From Candidatus Bathyarchaeota archaeon (GTDB taxonomy: Archaea; Thermoproteota; Bathyarchaeia; Bathyarchaeales; Bathycorpusculaceae), in the NCBI GenBank assembly GCA_963702095.1, contig OY969706.1, forward strand, positions 1,504,001 to 1,568,000: a stretch of DNA of 64,000 bases. The letters run 5' to 3'. Below the pieces are notes generated by a model, which saw only the letters and a list, made by a program, of their open reading frames with translations, was not told the DNA's origin and did not search any database. Shown in pieces: positions 40,963 through 51,526 of this stretch. Position 1 is the first letter of the stretch; every line of letters starts with the position of its first letter. The position numbers and the translations under genes are program-made.

Positions 40963-41846
40963 TGCGTTTTGCTCCGTTTCAGTTTACAAACAAAGAAGCC
41001 CTGTGTTTCTCCGGGCCAGATACGTTTAGATCGTGCCACAGAGGAATCAAGCCGTTTTCCAAAAATGTCTGTTAAACCGCTGTTTCCATAGCAGTCGATT
41101 TCTTGAATTTCGACGTTAAGGTGCCCTACAGCCCAATCCATGTTTAATTCGTCTTCTTCAGGTTCAAGCGAACAAGTAGAGTAAACAAGTTCTCCTTGTG
41201 CGCTGAGGCACTCTACAGCTTTGGCTAAGATTTCTCTCTGCATGGCGGCGTTGCGTTCGATGTCTTGTAGGGTGCGGTTCTTAAACCAGTTCCTGTCTGA
41301 CGCGTAGTTGCCTGAGCAGGGCGCATCAACCAGTATCCTGTCAAATTTTAGCCCCAACATGGGCGCCTGCCGTGCATCAAGCAGGTAAACCACTGTATTA
41401 GCAGTATGGCACCGCTCTAAATGATTACCAAGAGCCGCTAACCGCCGCTTATCAGCATCCAACGCCACAATCCCACCCGTGTTTTCCATGGCATCCGCTA
41501 ACTGCACGGTTTTGCCCCCGGGCGCTGCTGCACAGTCAAGCACTCTTTTGCCGCCCAGATGCGAAAAAAGCGACACGGGGATTTGAGCGGCTGCCTCCTG
41601 AATCGAGTACAAGCCGAGAAGGTACTCAGCAGTTGCGCCAGCGGAAACTTTGGAGCCCACAACCCAGTAGCCCGACTGCAAGAAAGGAATCTTTTCTAGA
41701 TGCACCCCTAAACCTGCGAGGCGTTCAATGAGGTTTTTGCCTTTTGCGTTGGAGTGGTTTAAGCGGATGGATCGCCGCAGCTGTACCTCTCGGAGTTGCC
41801 AGCCTAGCTGCCTGTAGCGGTCTTGGAAGAATTCTTTTCCCGACAT
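40959..41846 (-). CDS. RsmB/NOP2-family RNA m5C methyltransferase
   Basis: IQEAAA, LDCAAAPGGKT, DRILVDAPCSG, VYSTCS..PEE.E; ATG 41846. Confidence 0.92.
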   Translation of the reverse strand: MSGKEFFQDRYRQLGWQLREVQLRRSIRLNHSNAKGKNLIERLAGLGVHLEKIPFLQSGYWVVGSKVSAGATAEYLLGLYSIQEAAAQIPVSLFSHLGGKRVLDCAAAPGGKTVQLADAMENTGGIVALDADKRRLAALGNHLERCHTANTVVYLLDARQAPMLGLKFDRILVDAPCSGNYASDRNWFKNRTLQDIERNAAMQREILAKAVECLSAQGELVYSTCSLEPEEDELNMDWAVGHLNVEIQEIDCYGNSGLTDIFGKRLDSSVARSKRIWPGETQGFFVCKLKRSKTQ

Positions 41847-41946
41847 CAACTGAGAACGTGCTTGCGGGGGATAAAAGCTTTTCAAGCCTCGGGTAAGATA
41901 TCTAAAAGCTTTTAGGGGGACAACAGACAACATAGTGTGATTCGAA

Positions 41947-42354
41947 ATGTCTAAAATTGTTCGAGTAGGCGTAACTTTTCCTCCTGACCTCCTAAGAGAC
42001 TTCGATGAGATCACAACGAAGATGGGGTATGAAAGCAGAAGCAAAGCCATTCAAGACGCCGTTCGCCTCTACGTTTCAGAGCGCAAGTGGCTACAGGAAG
42101 AAGGCGCTAACCAGACAGGCGTGATTTTGATGGTTTACGATCATGAAGTGCGGGGGTTGGAGCGTGATTTGACGGATCATCAGCATCACCATCAAGGACT
42201 CATCACTTCAGTTATGCATATTCATCTCAGCGAAACCGACTGCCTCGAAGTCATCGCTGTAAAAGGCAAAGGTTCAGAAATCAGGGCGTTAAGCAATGAG
42301 TTGGCTACGCGAAGAGGAGTTAAAATCCTCAAATCAATGATCGTTAACGTTTAA
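41947..42354 (+). CDS. nikR: Nickel-responsive regulator NikR
   Basis: RHH (RVGVTF...SRSKAIQDA); YDH; QH...HIHL...CLE Ni ligands. Confidence 0.88.
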   Translation: MSKIVRVGVTFPPDLLRDFDEITTKMGYESRSKAIQDAVRLYVSERKWLQEEGANQTGVILMVYDHEVRGLERDLTDHQHHHQGLITSVMHIHLSETDCLEVIAVKGKGSEIRALSNELATRRGVKILKSMIVNV

Positions 42355-43262
42355 CATTTAACTTCAAACATGCGTTCCAAAGCGCCGCGAGCTTTCTTCG
42401 CCACTGCCTGCGGAACCTCAACCACATGCTTCTCTTCTTTAAGCGATGTGTAGAGTTTGTCGAGGGTTGTGAGTTTCATGTTGGGGCAGATTGCGCAGCC
42501 ATAGGCTACGTAGAAGGTTTTGGATGGGTTTTCTTTTTTTAGCCTGTGCAAGATGCCTTCTTCCGTTGCCACTATAAACTCGGTTGCCGCTGATTCTTTG
42601 GCGTACTTGCAGATTTTAGAGGTGCTGCCGATGCAGTCGGCGATTTGTCGCATTTCTTTGGTGCATTCAGGATGCACAAGAATTGTGGCTTTGGGGTGCT
42701 GCATCTTGAGGACAGCGGCGTCTTCAGGCTGAAATAGGATGTGGGTTGGGCAGAAACCGTTGGCTGGAATCGGAACAATTTTTTTACCTGTTTTTTCAGC
42801 CACGTACTGAGCTAAGTTGCTGTCAGGTCCAAACAGCACTGTGCCTGCTTTGAGGGATTCCACGACTTCGACGGCGTTGGCGCTTGTGCAGCACACGTCC
42901 GCTTGGGCTTTGCAGGCAGCTAAAGTGTTTACATAGAGCACCACGGGCGCTTGGGGATACTTGGCTTTGGCACGTTTAATCTCATCTACGGTCAGCATCT
43001 GCGCCATGGGACACCGTGCACTTGTACTGGGCAGCAGAACCTTTTTTTGGGGGTTGAGAACCGCAGCGGATTCCGCCATAAAATCGACGGCGCAGAAGAC
43101 GATGAGTTTGGCGTCTTTTTCAGCCATGGCTTTGCGGCTAAGCTCTATGCTGTCGCCTACGTAGTCGGCTATGTCTTGGATTTCGGGGCGCTGGTAATTG
43201 TGCGCTAAAATTATGGCTTTTTTTTCTTTTTTGAGTTGTTGGATTTGCTGCGTTAAATCCAT
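42351..43262 (-). CDS. nadA: Quinolinate synthase
   Basis: ILAHNYQ, GDS, FMAE, CPMA, YVNT, CPTH, HPEC, CPNMK. Confidence 0.95.
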   Translation of the reverse strand: MDLTQQIQQLKKEKKAIILAHNYQRPEIQDIADYVGDSIELSRKAMAEKDAKLIVFCAVDFMAESAAVLNPQKKVLLPSTSARCPMAQMLTVDEIKRAKAKYPQAPVVLYVNTLAACKAQADVCCTSANAVEVVESLKAGTVLFGPDSNLAQYVAEKTGKKIVPIPANGFCPTHILFQPEDAAVLKMQHPKATILVHPECTKEMRQIADCIGSTSKICKYAKESAATEFIVATEEGILHRLKKENPSKTFYVAYGCAICPNMKLTTLDKLYTSLKEEKHVVEVPQAVAKKARGALERMFEVKC

Positions 43263-43391
43263 ATTTTCGCCTGGCCAAATTGTGAGGTGAAAAGAAAAGG
43301 GTACCCCAATGAAATATATTCTTTTACCTTCTACAGTGGGGCTTTGACCTTAAAAAAATATCAAAAGTTTCAGAGTTAAAAAAAAAATAAG

Positions 43392-43531
43392 TGGTGGGGC
43401 AGAGAGGATTTGAACCTCTGACCAATGGGTATCTACAGCTCCAGAACTTCGTCATTCTCCCGAAGGAGTCAGCATACCCATTCTGTGATGCTTCTGGAGC
43501 CCATCGTAATACCGGGCTATACTACTACCCC
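43392..43531 (-). tRNA. tRNA-Trp(CCA) with 63-nt intron at 37/38 (43431-43493)
   Basis: Splices to a 77-nt cloverleaf: GGGGTAG/CTGCCCC, ATGGG-CTCCAGA-CCCAT, GGTTCAAATCC, encoded CCA. Confidence 0.93.
43431..43493 (-). ncRNA. Intron-encoded box C/D guide RNA (tRNA-Trp 34/39 methylation guide type)
   Basis: Guide AATGGGTAT + CTGA box; UUCG hairpin; ATGACGA box; second guide TTCTGGAGC complementary to the anticodon loop. Confidence 0.75.
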
Positions 43532-43698
43532 GCACCACTACAAGTTTCTAATAATTCAACAGACCAATATTTATAGATAGAGCAGAGAGGGCATGGAACA
43601 CAAAACGTTTGTTGCGCGTTTAGCTGCAAGCTGTTGGGTAAAGATCCTCAGTTCAAATCGATGCCTATTTGCAGCGGTTGCTGTTTACGCCTAAAAAT

Positions 43699-43826
43699 GC
43701 TTGTGGAATATGCCTCAACCAGCCTGCAACGCTTACCAGACGCTGACACAAAAAAGCAAATGCCTGCCAAACCCACTGGAAGATGATGAGAAAGGGGCAC
43801 TCTGCCTTCATCTAACACTAGAAAAA
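43699..43826 (+). repeat. Dispersed ~128-bp intergenic element, copy C
   Basis: GCTTGTGGAATATGCCTCAACCAGC...AGATGATG-N18-CTTCATCT..TAGAAAAA; same length as copy A. Confidence 0.85.
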
Positions 43827-43957
43827 ACAGTTACCGCCCAAACCGAAGTCAAGTTCAAACCGGTTACTGATTTGCCATAATCAAATCAGCCTTCTAAAAA
43901 TTGAGCGTTTGAAACAAACGTTATTACGTTTCGCTTAAGGTTTTTTGTTGTGGAAAA

Positions 43958-44293
43958 ATGGCTTATTTAAGGGAAAGAAAAAAAGAACTCGACATAGATT
44001 TTCCGCTTGAATCAATATGGCAAGCTATACCCCAAGCGATGCAGAAGTTTGACTGGGAAATACTGGAGAAAGACGATGCTGCCCACCGCTTAACGATTGA
44101 AACCTCTGACACACTTACTTCATATGGCTCCATGCTCAAAGTGGAGTTAACGCCGATAAACCAAAACACCACTCACATGGTTATTTCTGGCGTTACTCCT
44201 GTTACAACGATTACTTCTACGTTGCAGTTTGGGCAAACCTACGATAGCATCGAAGACTTCGTTTTAGGTTTGGCAGACGTAATGAACCGCTGA
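43958..44293 (+). CDS. Hypothetical protein (START/SRPBCC-like alpha/beta pattern possible)
   Basis: Clean ATG ORF; IDFPLESIWQAI start. Confidence 0.65.
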   Translation: MAYLRERKKELDIDFPLESIWQAIPQAMQKFDWEILEKDDAAHRLTIETSDTLTSYGSMLKVELTPINQNTTHMVISGVTPVTTITSTLQFGQTYDSIEDFVLGLADVMNR

Positions 44294-44364
44294 CGAAGCC
44301 GCGAGTACCCAAGAAACCAATGGGTACTCAACTTATTTATTGACTTTTAACCATCAGAATTGTT

Positions 44365-44727
44365 ATGAAACAAAACGATTACAGAACAATCGACCAATAC
44401 ATCGCATTTTTTCCCCCAAACACACAAGCACTCCTCCGGCAAATGCGTGAAGCCATCCATGAAGCTGCACCCCAAGCACAAGAGGCAATCAGCTACAACA
44501 TGCCTGCCTTCAAACAAAACGGCGTTTTAGTCTATTTTGCAGCTTTCAAAGACCACATAAGCCTTTTTCCCACAGGTTCAGGAGTGGAAGCCTTCAAAGA
44601 CAAGCTCAGCCAATACAAAACAAGCAAAGGCACCATCCAATTTAGCCTTGACCAGCCGCTTCCCCTGGATTTGGTGAAGGAGATCGTGCGGTTTAGAGCC
44701 AAAGAAAACCAGGTTAAACACCAATAG
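44365..44727 (+). CDS. DUF1801/YdhG-like protein
   Basis: TIDQYI, EAISYNMPAF, YFAAFKDHI, SKGTIQF..DQPLP. Confidence 0.88.
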   Translation: MKQNDYRTIDQYIAFFPPNTQALLRQMREAIHEAAPQAQEAISYNMPAFKQNGVLVYFAAFKDHISLFPTGSGVEAFKDKLSQYKTSKGTIQFSLDQPLPLDLVKEIVRFRAKENQVKHQ

Positions 44728-45396
44728 ATTTGGCGTACTCCCTAACCTTAACCGATGCTTCGCCCACTAAATAGTCGGCATGACCCGGCAGCAACACATC
44801 GAAATCCCGTTGGGCAATTTTATGCACAGATTCCTTCTCTTTGGTTGCATCCCAAGTGAAATGTCCCGGTCCACCCGTAACTTTTCCCTCACCTAAACGC
44901 AGGGTATCCCCAGCAAACAGCACCTTCCGGTTCTTGTCAAGCAGCATGATGCTTCCAGGAGTGTGACCCGGCGTCTCGATTACAATGAGGCCGCAGATTA
45001 CGTCGCCGTCTTTGAGAATCACTTCCACTGGAGCAGGCGCAGTTTTGATTATGGAATTGGCTGCTCGCATGAGGAGGTTTTTCGGTTTAGGAAAGGTTTT
45101 CTGCCCTGAAATGTACTCTGCGTCCTGCGGGCTTGCGGCGACTTTGGCACCGGTTAACTCTTGGAGGGCTTTGGCGCTGCCCGCGTGGTCCATGTGGTAG
45201 TGGGTTAGGATGATGGTTGAGACTTCGCTTGGGTGATTCCCCAGTTTTGGATGTAGTCGACGATTTTTTTGGCGTTTCCCGGCGTGCCCGTATCAACTAC
45301 AATCAGCTCATTAGGTTGGATGATTAAGTACACGTTGCTGTGTGCCATGTTGTTACTTGCTTCGTCAACTCTGTGAATACCCGCAATTATCGCCAT
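44714..45396 (-). CDS. Metallo-beta-lactamase-fold hydrolase (frameshift in A-run near 45247)
   Basis: SNVYLI, VDTG, then THYHMDHAG after adding one A; TPGHTPGS, FAGD, PGH. Confidence 0.85.
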
Positions 45397-45511
45397 TAGA
45401 ACCCTTCCATGAACCAACACAAGGTTAGAGCTCTATAAAAATCATCACAAATTTAGGAACAAATATAGTCTAAGTTAAATTATTGTTCTCCACTAAATTA
45501 ATCGGGTTATC

Positions 45512-46306
45512 TTGGGCTCGCAAACCATCGACAGGCTAAAGAGGAAAGCGCCGCAAATAATAGTAATCGCAGTTGCTTTAGCCCTGACCATCTACCTTAC
45601 CTTTGAAATTCTCGAAGACGTAGTACTAGAAGGCGCATCCTGGACAAGCGGACCTTTAATCGACTTCGTTTTAACCTTCACCAGAAGCGCCACCTCAACC
45701 GTGTCCTCCTGGGGATACGGCGGCATCTTCGGCTTGATGCTCCTAGAAGCCAGCTCCTTACCCATTCCAAGCGAAGTTATTCTACCCTTTTCCGGCTACT
45801 TGGTTTCAAAGGGTTCTCTGGACATCTGGTTAACCATCGCAGTCGCCACAATCGCCGCCATAGCTGGTTCACTTGTAGACTACTACATCGGACTAAAAGG
45901 CGTGCAAGTCCTCACAAAATACCGCCTATTGGGCAGGTCTATTCTCTCAGAATCACAGCTTAAAGTGGCGGCAAGCTGGTTTAGCAAGTACGGGTCGTTT
46001 ATGGTTTTCGTAGGGCGCTTAATCCCCGGGTTCCGCACAATCATATCTTTCCCCGCGGGGGCGGTTCGGATGCCGCTGGCTAAGTTTTTGGTTTACACCG
46101 TGGCGGGTTGCTTGCTCTGGAACAGCATTCTCATCTATGTTGGCTTCTACTTGGGTTCAAATTGGCAGGCGGTTGCTGGCGTCTCCCACTACTTGATTAT
46201 AGCCACAGTGGTCAGCTTGATAGTAATAGCTGTTGCTTATCTTTTGGTGAGAAGAAACAGAAGGAAAAAGAGGCTAAAAACCGCATCAACACAATATCTA
46301 TCTTAA
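45512..46306 (+). CDS. DedA-family membrane protein
   Basis: LE..SLPIPSEVILPFSG, GRLIPGFRTIISFPAG. Confidence 0.92.
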   Translation: MGSQTIDRLKRKAPQIIVIAVALALTIYLTFEILEDVVLEGASWTSGPLIDFVLTFTRSATSTVSSWGYGGIFGLMLLEASSLPIPSEVILPFSGYLVSKGSLDIWLTIAVATIAAIAGSLVDYYIGLKGVQVLTKYRLLGRSILSESQLKVAASWFSKYGSFMVFVGRLIPGFRTIISFPAGAVRMPLAKFLVYTVAGCLLWNSILIYVGFYLGSNWQAVAGVSHYLIIATVVSLIVIAVAYLLVRRNRRKKRLKTASTQYLS

Positions 46307-47359
46307 GACCTCAATTTTCGGTTTGAGTTCGCCTGAAATGCCTAATGCGTGGGCTTCCTTTACCTGCACCATACAATCCACCATAGAGGCATCGTTAAAC
46401 ACTTTATAGTCCACTGAGTTGAGAAAAGCAGCGTCAACAGAGACTGCGGAATCCGAGGCGAGTACGCCAACGTCTTTTAGCACTCTTGGACCAGGGTTAG
46501 GTAAGCAATCGCAGCCCTCAGAGATGTCCACGGCAAAGCTGACGTATGTGACCTTTTTGGGTTTAAACGTCGAGAGAACACCATAAGCAGCTGAGGCTAG
46601 GGCGCGGCAGAGGTTTTGCTTGTTAGTGTAGTGGATGGCCCCCATTGGACAAGCCGCGATGCACACGGGGCAGCGCATGCATTTCTCTGAGGTGATGTGT
46701 GCTTTACCCTCAATAATGTCTGGGAGGTGGAAAGCGCAGGCTTCTTTGCATTTGCCGCAGCCCACGCATTTTGAAGTGTCGATTTCGATGCCGATAGCTC
46801 GGTGTTGCCGCAGTTTCCCCGCCCGAGGAGTGCAGCCCATGCCCAAGTTTTTGATGGCGCCGCCGAAACCGCTGAGTTCATGCCCCTTGCAGTGAGAGAC
46901 AACTATCATGGCGTCCGCTTGGATTATGGCGCCTGAAACCTCGATTTCGTTTAGGATGCCTTTGGTTTTTATATGGGCAAAGTTTTCGCTGTTTAATCCG
47001 TCTGCAACGAGGAAAGGTGCCAAATTGAAGCCGTTGATAAGTGCGGTTTGCATGTGGTCGACGGCGTTGTGGCGTTGCGCCAAGTAGTAGGTGTTGGAGT
47101 CTGTTAGGAAGGGTTTACCGCCGTGCTCTTTGACTCGCTGGGCTATTTCATGCACAAAGGCTGGCTGCACATGGTAGGGGTTGCCTAATTCGCCCACGTG
47201 GAGTTTGATGGCGACTAAATCGTCTTTTTCTATGTAGTCAAAGGTTCCTGCTGTGTCGTAGAGGCGGTTGGCTGCCGCGAGCAAGTTACGGCTGGTATCC
47301 CAAGGTAATAAATGCACCGTCAATTTAATTTCCTCAGCAATATGTTTTAGAATTGCCAA
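46298..47359 (-). CDS. DUF362 protein with 2x[4Fe-4S] ferredoxin domain
   Basis: KLHVGE.GN, SHCKGH..GFGGAIKNLGMG, CVGCGKC..AC, CMRCPVC..ACP, CDC; real start may be TTG about 47323. Confidence 0.88.
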   Translation of the reverse strand: MAILKHIAEEIKLTVHLLPWDTSRNLLAAANRLYDTAGTFDYIEKDDLVAIKLHVGELGNPYHVQPAFVHEIAQRVKEHGGKPFLTDSNTYYLAQRHNAVDHMQTALINGFNLAPFLVADGLNSENFAHIKTKGILNEIEVSGAIIQADAMIVVSHCKGHELSGFGGAIKNLGMGCTPRAGKLRQHRAIGIEIDTSKCVGCGKCKEACAFHLPDIIEGKAHITSEKCMRCPVCIAACPMGAIHYTNKQNLCRALASAAYGVLSTFKPKKVTYVSFAVDISEGCDCLPNPGPRVLKDVGVLASDSAVSVDAAFLNSVDYKVFNDASMVDCMVQVKEAHALGISGELKPKIEVLR

Positions 47360-47443
47360 ATCTTACATAAATAGGGTATGTTACAAATCAAAATAGATTA
47401 TTTGCGCACCGTCTAGAAGAGATGTAAAAAGGATTTTAAGGTG

Positions 47444-47695
47444 CTAATATTTTTTGCCTACAGCCAGCTTTTTCTGGATTTCAGCCACATCGGCTTCACT
47501 GTCCGCTAAAATGTTTATCCACACATCGAACTCGGCTTTAGAAATTTCCTTCTGGATCACGCCGTGTTGGTCACCTGAGAAAAACCGTGGAGGCGATGAA
47601 TTGAAGAGTTTCACATAGAAGATTCTGTCTGCAATGATGATTTGGGAGGAGCTGCCGACTTCTTCGCCTAATAAATAATCGATTTGGTAGCGCAA
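47444..47695 (-). CDS. Hypothetical protein
   Basis: Protein-like composition; TATA-like sequence upstream. Confidence 0.55.
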   Translation of the reverse strand: MRYQIDYLLGEEVGSSSQIIIADRIFYVKLFNSSPPRFFSGDQHGVIQKEISKAEFDVWINILADSEADVAEIQKKLAVGKKY

Positions 47696-47848
47696 CAGTG
47701 AAACCTTCTTTGAAAATGCGAGGCTGCGTCTTTACTTAAAAATTTTCCTAGTCTAAAGCAACAATGTTAGTGGGTGAGTACAATCGCAAAAGCTTAAACT
47801 ATCTTTTCTCTTGGTTGTTTATAGAGTCAGCAAGGTTTTTGAGGTGAA

Positions 47849-48000
47849 CCTGAACAGACTGCTTTCTTCATTGGCTTAAAATACGTTGATTATCTTGGAT
47901 GGGCAATAATTCTGTTAATTTTCGGCATAATCGCGGGTGGAATAGGCAGTGTGCTTGTTGTCATTGGTGCTTTGATGGGTCTAATTGCGAGAATAACCTA
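47849..48000 (+). pseudogene. Remnant of a small Gly-rich membrane protein gene
   Basis: GAGGTGA SD, then a frame-broken start and KYVDYLGWAIILLIFGIIAGGIGSVLVVIGALMGLIAR. Confidence 0.4.
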
Positions 48001-49639
48001 TACTTTAACCCTAGACTTCTGCTTGGAGTTTGGCTTTCCACGTTTATAAAATAGGTAACCAGAAGCAGTCGCTATAATTACGATAAGAACGATTGCAACT
48101 ACCGTGAGGAAGGGAAAGGGTTCAATATTAAAGTAAACGGTTTCCTGCGATGAATTCCCCATTGCATCAGCAGCGAACACCGTTAAATGGTGTGCGCCGT
48201 TGGCTAACGCGGGTAGAGTGACGTTTCCTTGTATGTCAAGTTTGTCGCCGCCGTCTAAACTATACGTTAAAGCAGTTGTGGCTTCATTGAGGGTGAACGT
48301 CAACTGGATGTCTGTTGAACCATAGGTTTTGTTGCTGGGGGATAATATAGCAAGAACAGGTGGAAGCGTGTCTACTGAGAAGAAAACGGTGTTCGACACC
48401 CCCATGTTGCCGCTGCTGTCATTAGCGTATAGGAGTATTTTGTGAGCGCCCTGCCCCAAACCGGAGAGGGTGGTTGTTTGATTTTTCAACGTAACATTTG
48501 CAGTGTCGTCTATGCTGTATCCTGTCCATTCCACGCCCCTGTTTACTTCAAAAGATAGAGGGACATCGGTGTATGTTTTGTTTTCAGGGGAGAAAATTTG
48601 AATTTTAGGGGGAATTGTTCCGTATCCAACGGGTTTGTATTGCTCGTTTGTATCCAGCCACTCGGACCCATCATAACCGCCGATCACGTATATAACGTCG
48701 TTTAATACCACAGCCTGAAGATATTCTCGGGGTGTCGGCATAGAGGCGAGTTCAGACCAGCTTTGGTTGGTTGGGTTAAATATCAGGTTCTTCGAGTTTA
48801 AGGCACCTCCAGAGAATCCGCCTATCAAATAGAGTCGCTGGGGCGCTAGATAGCCTGCTGTGGCAGCTGCAACGCCATAACTTAGCGCCATACGGCAATT
48901 TCGTAGATGCGTTCCAACTGTCGGTTTGGGTATCATACACTTGGTTACTATTCACTAAGATGGCGTTGCCGGTGGAGGAGGGTTGCTTGGCTCCGCCAAT
49001 TATGTAGATTTTGTTGTTGATAACCGCTGAAGCATATCCTTTAACTGCAGTGGGCAATGAAGTTTTGGTTGACCACGTATCGTTGGCGGAGTCGTAGACT
49101 TCGTTGATGCCTGTTTCGGCGTAGAATGGGTAGGCATTTGAGTATTTTTCGCCGCCTATAAGGTAGACTTCGCCGTTCACAGTACTTGCGGTTAAGCCTG
49201 CTCGGGGTGTAGGCATCGACGTCTTTGTTTCCCATCTGTCAGTGAGAGGGTCATACATCTCGTTGTTGCCCAAGTACCCGTTGCCAATGGTTCCGCCGAT
49301 AGCGTAAATTTTGCCGTCAATAACCGCCACTGCAAACCCGCTTCTAGGTGTGGGCATAGATGTTTTGGTTGTCCACTGGTTAGTTGCAGGGTTGTATTCT
49401 TCAACGGTGCCTAATGGGGTATCGTCGGAGTTGATGCCGCCGATGACATAGATTTTTCCTGAAACTACCGCTATACCGAATTCTCCGCGTGCAGTCGGCA
49501 TGGGCGCCAACGTGGTCCAAGGGGATTGGGGGTTGGTGTCGTCTGCGGCGGCTGTGGAGGCGATTAAGGGTAGGTTGAGTGCTGGAAGAAGGGCTAATGT
49601 GATAAGCAGGATGGCTATGATGTGGCTGGCCTTATTAAT
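47998..49639 (-). CDS. Secreted Kelch-repeat protein with two Ig-like domains and C-terminal TM (frameshift near 48891)
   Basis: Signal peptide from putative ATT 49639; Kelch repeats MPT.R..KIY.IGG; I.SP.NKTY Ig-like repeats; TM + KRGK. Confidence 0.85.
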
Positions 49640-49777
49640 CGATGTACACCCGCTTTTTGAACTCTTAGTTAAGTAAGTAGCGCTTTACACTTATATTCCT
49701 TAAAGGGTTACATCGAGGAAGCGGTTCATACAAACATTAATGTCACTAGAAAACATAGTATTAATGGGGTTGTATTA

Positions 49778-50224
49778 ATGGAGAAAATTTTGGTTGCCAT
49801 CGATGGGTCCCAAAATTCCCAGAGAGCGCTCGATTTTGCTTTGGAGTTCGCCGAAAAATACAGTGCGAACCTGACACTTCTAAACATAAGTGAAATATCC
49901 GCCGTCACTAGCGTTCCCTCGGATATAACGCCTTATCCGGGAGGAAGCATGGTGGTGCTGGACAGGGATTTCCAGAAGATTCACGAGGAAATCTTGACTA
50001 AAGCCCTTGAACACGCAAAGGCAGTTAAACCCAACGTTTCGGTAACCTCGGTTCTAAGAGAGGGTAATCCTGCGTCAGAGATAGTAGCGTTGGCTAGGGA
50101 GGGGCAGTTTGATGTTGTGGTAGTTGGGCATCGCGGTTCAGGGAAATTAAATGAATTGTTCATGGGTAATATCAGTGAACGTGTAGCGCATCAAGCAAAC
50201 TGCACTGTAATAATCGTCAAGTAA
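49778..50224 (+). CDS. Universal stress protein
   Basis: KILVAIDGS, GNPASEI, VVGHRG, MGNISERVAH.A.CTV.IVK. Confidence 0.93.
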   Translation: MEKILVAIDGSQNSQRALDFALEFAEKYSANLTLLNISEISAVTSVPSDITPYPGGSMVVLDRDFQKIHEEILTKALEHAKAVKPNVSVTSVLREGNPASEIVALAREGQFDVVVVGHRGSGKLNELFMGNISERVAHQANCTVIIVK

Positions 50225-50267
50225 TTCATTGTTAAGCTTTAAATTTTCAGGACCCTCTTCTTTAATT

Positions 50268-51185
50268 ATGATAACTGTTATCGGATCAGGCAGAGTTGGC
50301 AGCGCTGCCGCTTTTGATATTCTGCGTTACAAAATCAGCGACGTAATCCTAATAGACACCAACGAGAAGGCAGCTCAAGGTGAAGCGTTGGATATGATGC
50401 AGGCGGCTCCAGCCATAGAGTTTGACGGATCAATTCGTGGCACAGGCGATTTTAGAGAAATGGCTGGTTCTGAACTGGTTATTGTGACCGCTGGTGTTGC
50501 CCGTAAACCGGACATGACCCGTTTTGACCTTATGAACACTAACGCCCAAATCGTGCGTGGCGTGGTCCGCGAAGTAGCCAAATATGCGCCCAAAGCGAAA
50601 CTGATGATTGTAACCAATCCAGTTGATATTATGACTTATGTTAGTTTTAGAGAAACAGGGTTTCCACGCAGTCGCCTATTTGGCATGGGCAACATCTTAG
50701 ACACCATGAGGTTTCGCGCCTACATTGCCAATGAACTTGGGGTTTCACGTGAGGATACAAGGGGACTGGTTATAGGTGAACATGGCGATTCGATGGTGCC
50801 ACTGGTTGAATATGCCTCGGTTTCGGGGATACCGATAACTCGCCTCTTGACTGAGCAGCAAATTGAAAAAGTGGTTAATCAAACAGTAACTTCAGGTGCT
50901 GATGTGATTAAACTTAAAGGTGGAACCGTTTATGCACCGGGATCTGTGATAGCGATAACTGCCGACGCAATTTTAACAGGGCGAAACCGTGTTATGAGCG
51001 TTTCAACTTGCCTCGACGGTGAATATGGTCAATCCTGTGTTTCTATCGGTGTTCCGGTTGTTTTAGGAAAAGAGGGTGTTGAGAGAATAATCGAGCTGGA
51101 TTTGTCCGAGGGTACCATGGCGAAGTTTACTAAGTCGGTAGCCGCCGTTAAAGAGGCTATTGCTGCACTAAAAGAGGAAAACTAA
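50268..51185 (+). CDS. mdh: Malate dehydrogenase (LDH-like)
   Basis: IGSGRVG, TAGVARKPDMTRFDL (MDH Arg), TNPVD, LDTMRFR, GEHGD. Confidence 0.9.
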   Translation: MITVIGSGRVGSAAAFDILRYKISDVILIDTNEKAAQGEALDMMQAAPAIEFDGSIRGTGDFREMAGSELVIVTAGVARKPDMTRFDLMNTNAQIVRGVVREVAKYAPKAKLMIVTNPVDIMTYVSFRETGFPRSRLFGMGNILDTMRFRAYIANELGVSREDTRGLVIGEHGDSMVPLVEYASVSGIPITRLLTEQQIEKVVNQTVTSGADVIKLKGGTVYAPGSVIAITADAILTGRNRVMSVSTCLDGEYGQSCVSIGVPVVLGKEGVERIIELDLSEGTMAKFTKSVAAVKEAIAALKEEN

Positions 51186-51200
51186 AAAAGGAAAGGATGT

Positions 51201-51404
51201 TTAGGTTGGCGCCCTAATTTTGGCGCAGTAAAAATTACCGTTAAGCCTCACGAAAGCGGGACATTTCCCGTTGTCGCAGTGTTCCAGCCACTGGCATGGA
51301 GCACGAACCTCATGTACTCTTGGCATGTATCCGCGTGAATTAACAATTTCTTTGGGGTTTTCTCGTTGGGAGATCTGTTTTAAAATCGCTTCCATAAAAA
51401 ACAC
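51201..51404 (-). CDS. Small Cys-rich hypothetical protein
   Basis: PCQWLEHC...KCPAF.....FYCA; AGGTG SD upstream. Confidence 0.5.
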   Translation of the reverse strand: MFFMEAILKQISQRENPKEIVNSRGYMPRVHEVRAPCQWLEHCDNGKCPAFVRLNGNFYCAKIRAPT

Positions 51405-51526
51405 CTTTTCAAGTTTTTGCTTAACCTGAATTTAGTTTACTATTGCTCGGTGGATGTTTATTAAAAAATGTGGCTGGCGTTGTACAACAACAAAAACATA
51501 TAAGCAGTAACTTGCCGCTTGAGCGT

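Noticed and set aside
41847-42050. Long N-terminal extension of the RsmB/NOP2 ORF overlapping nikR
   Set aside because: Runs antisense through the nikR start and divergent promoter; ATG 41846 is the sensible start.
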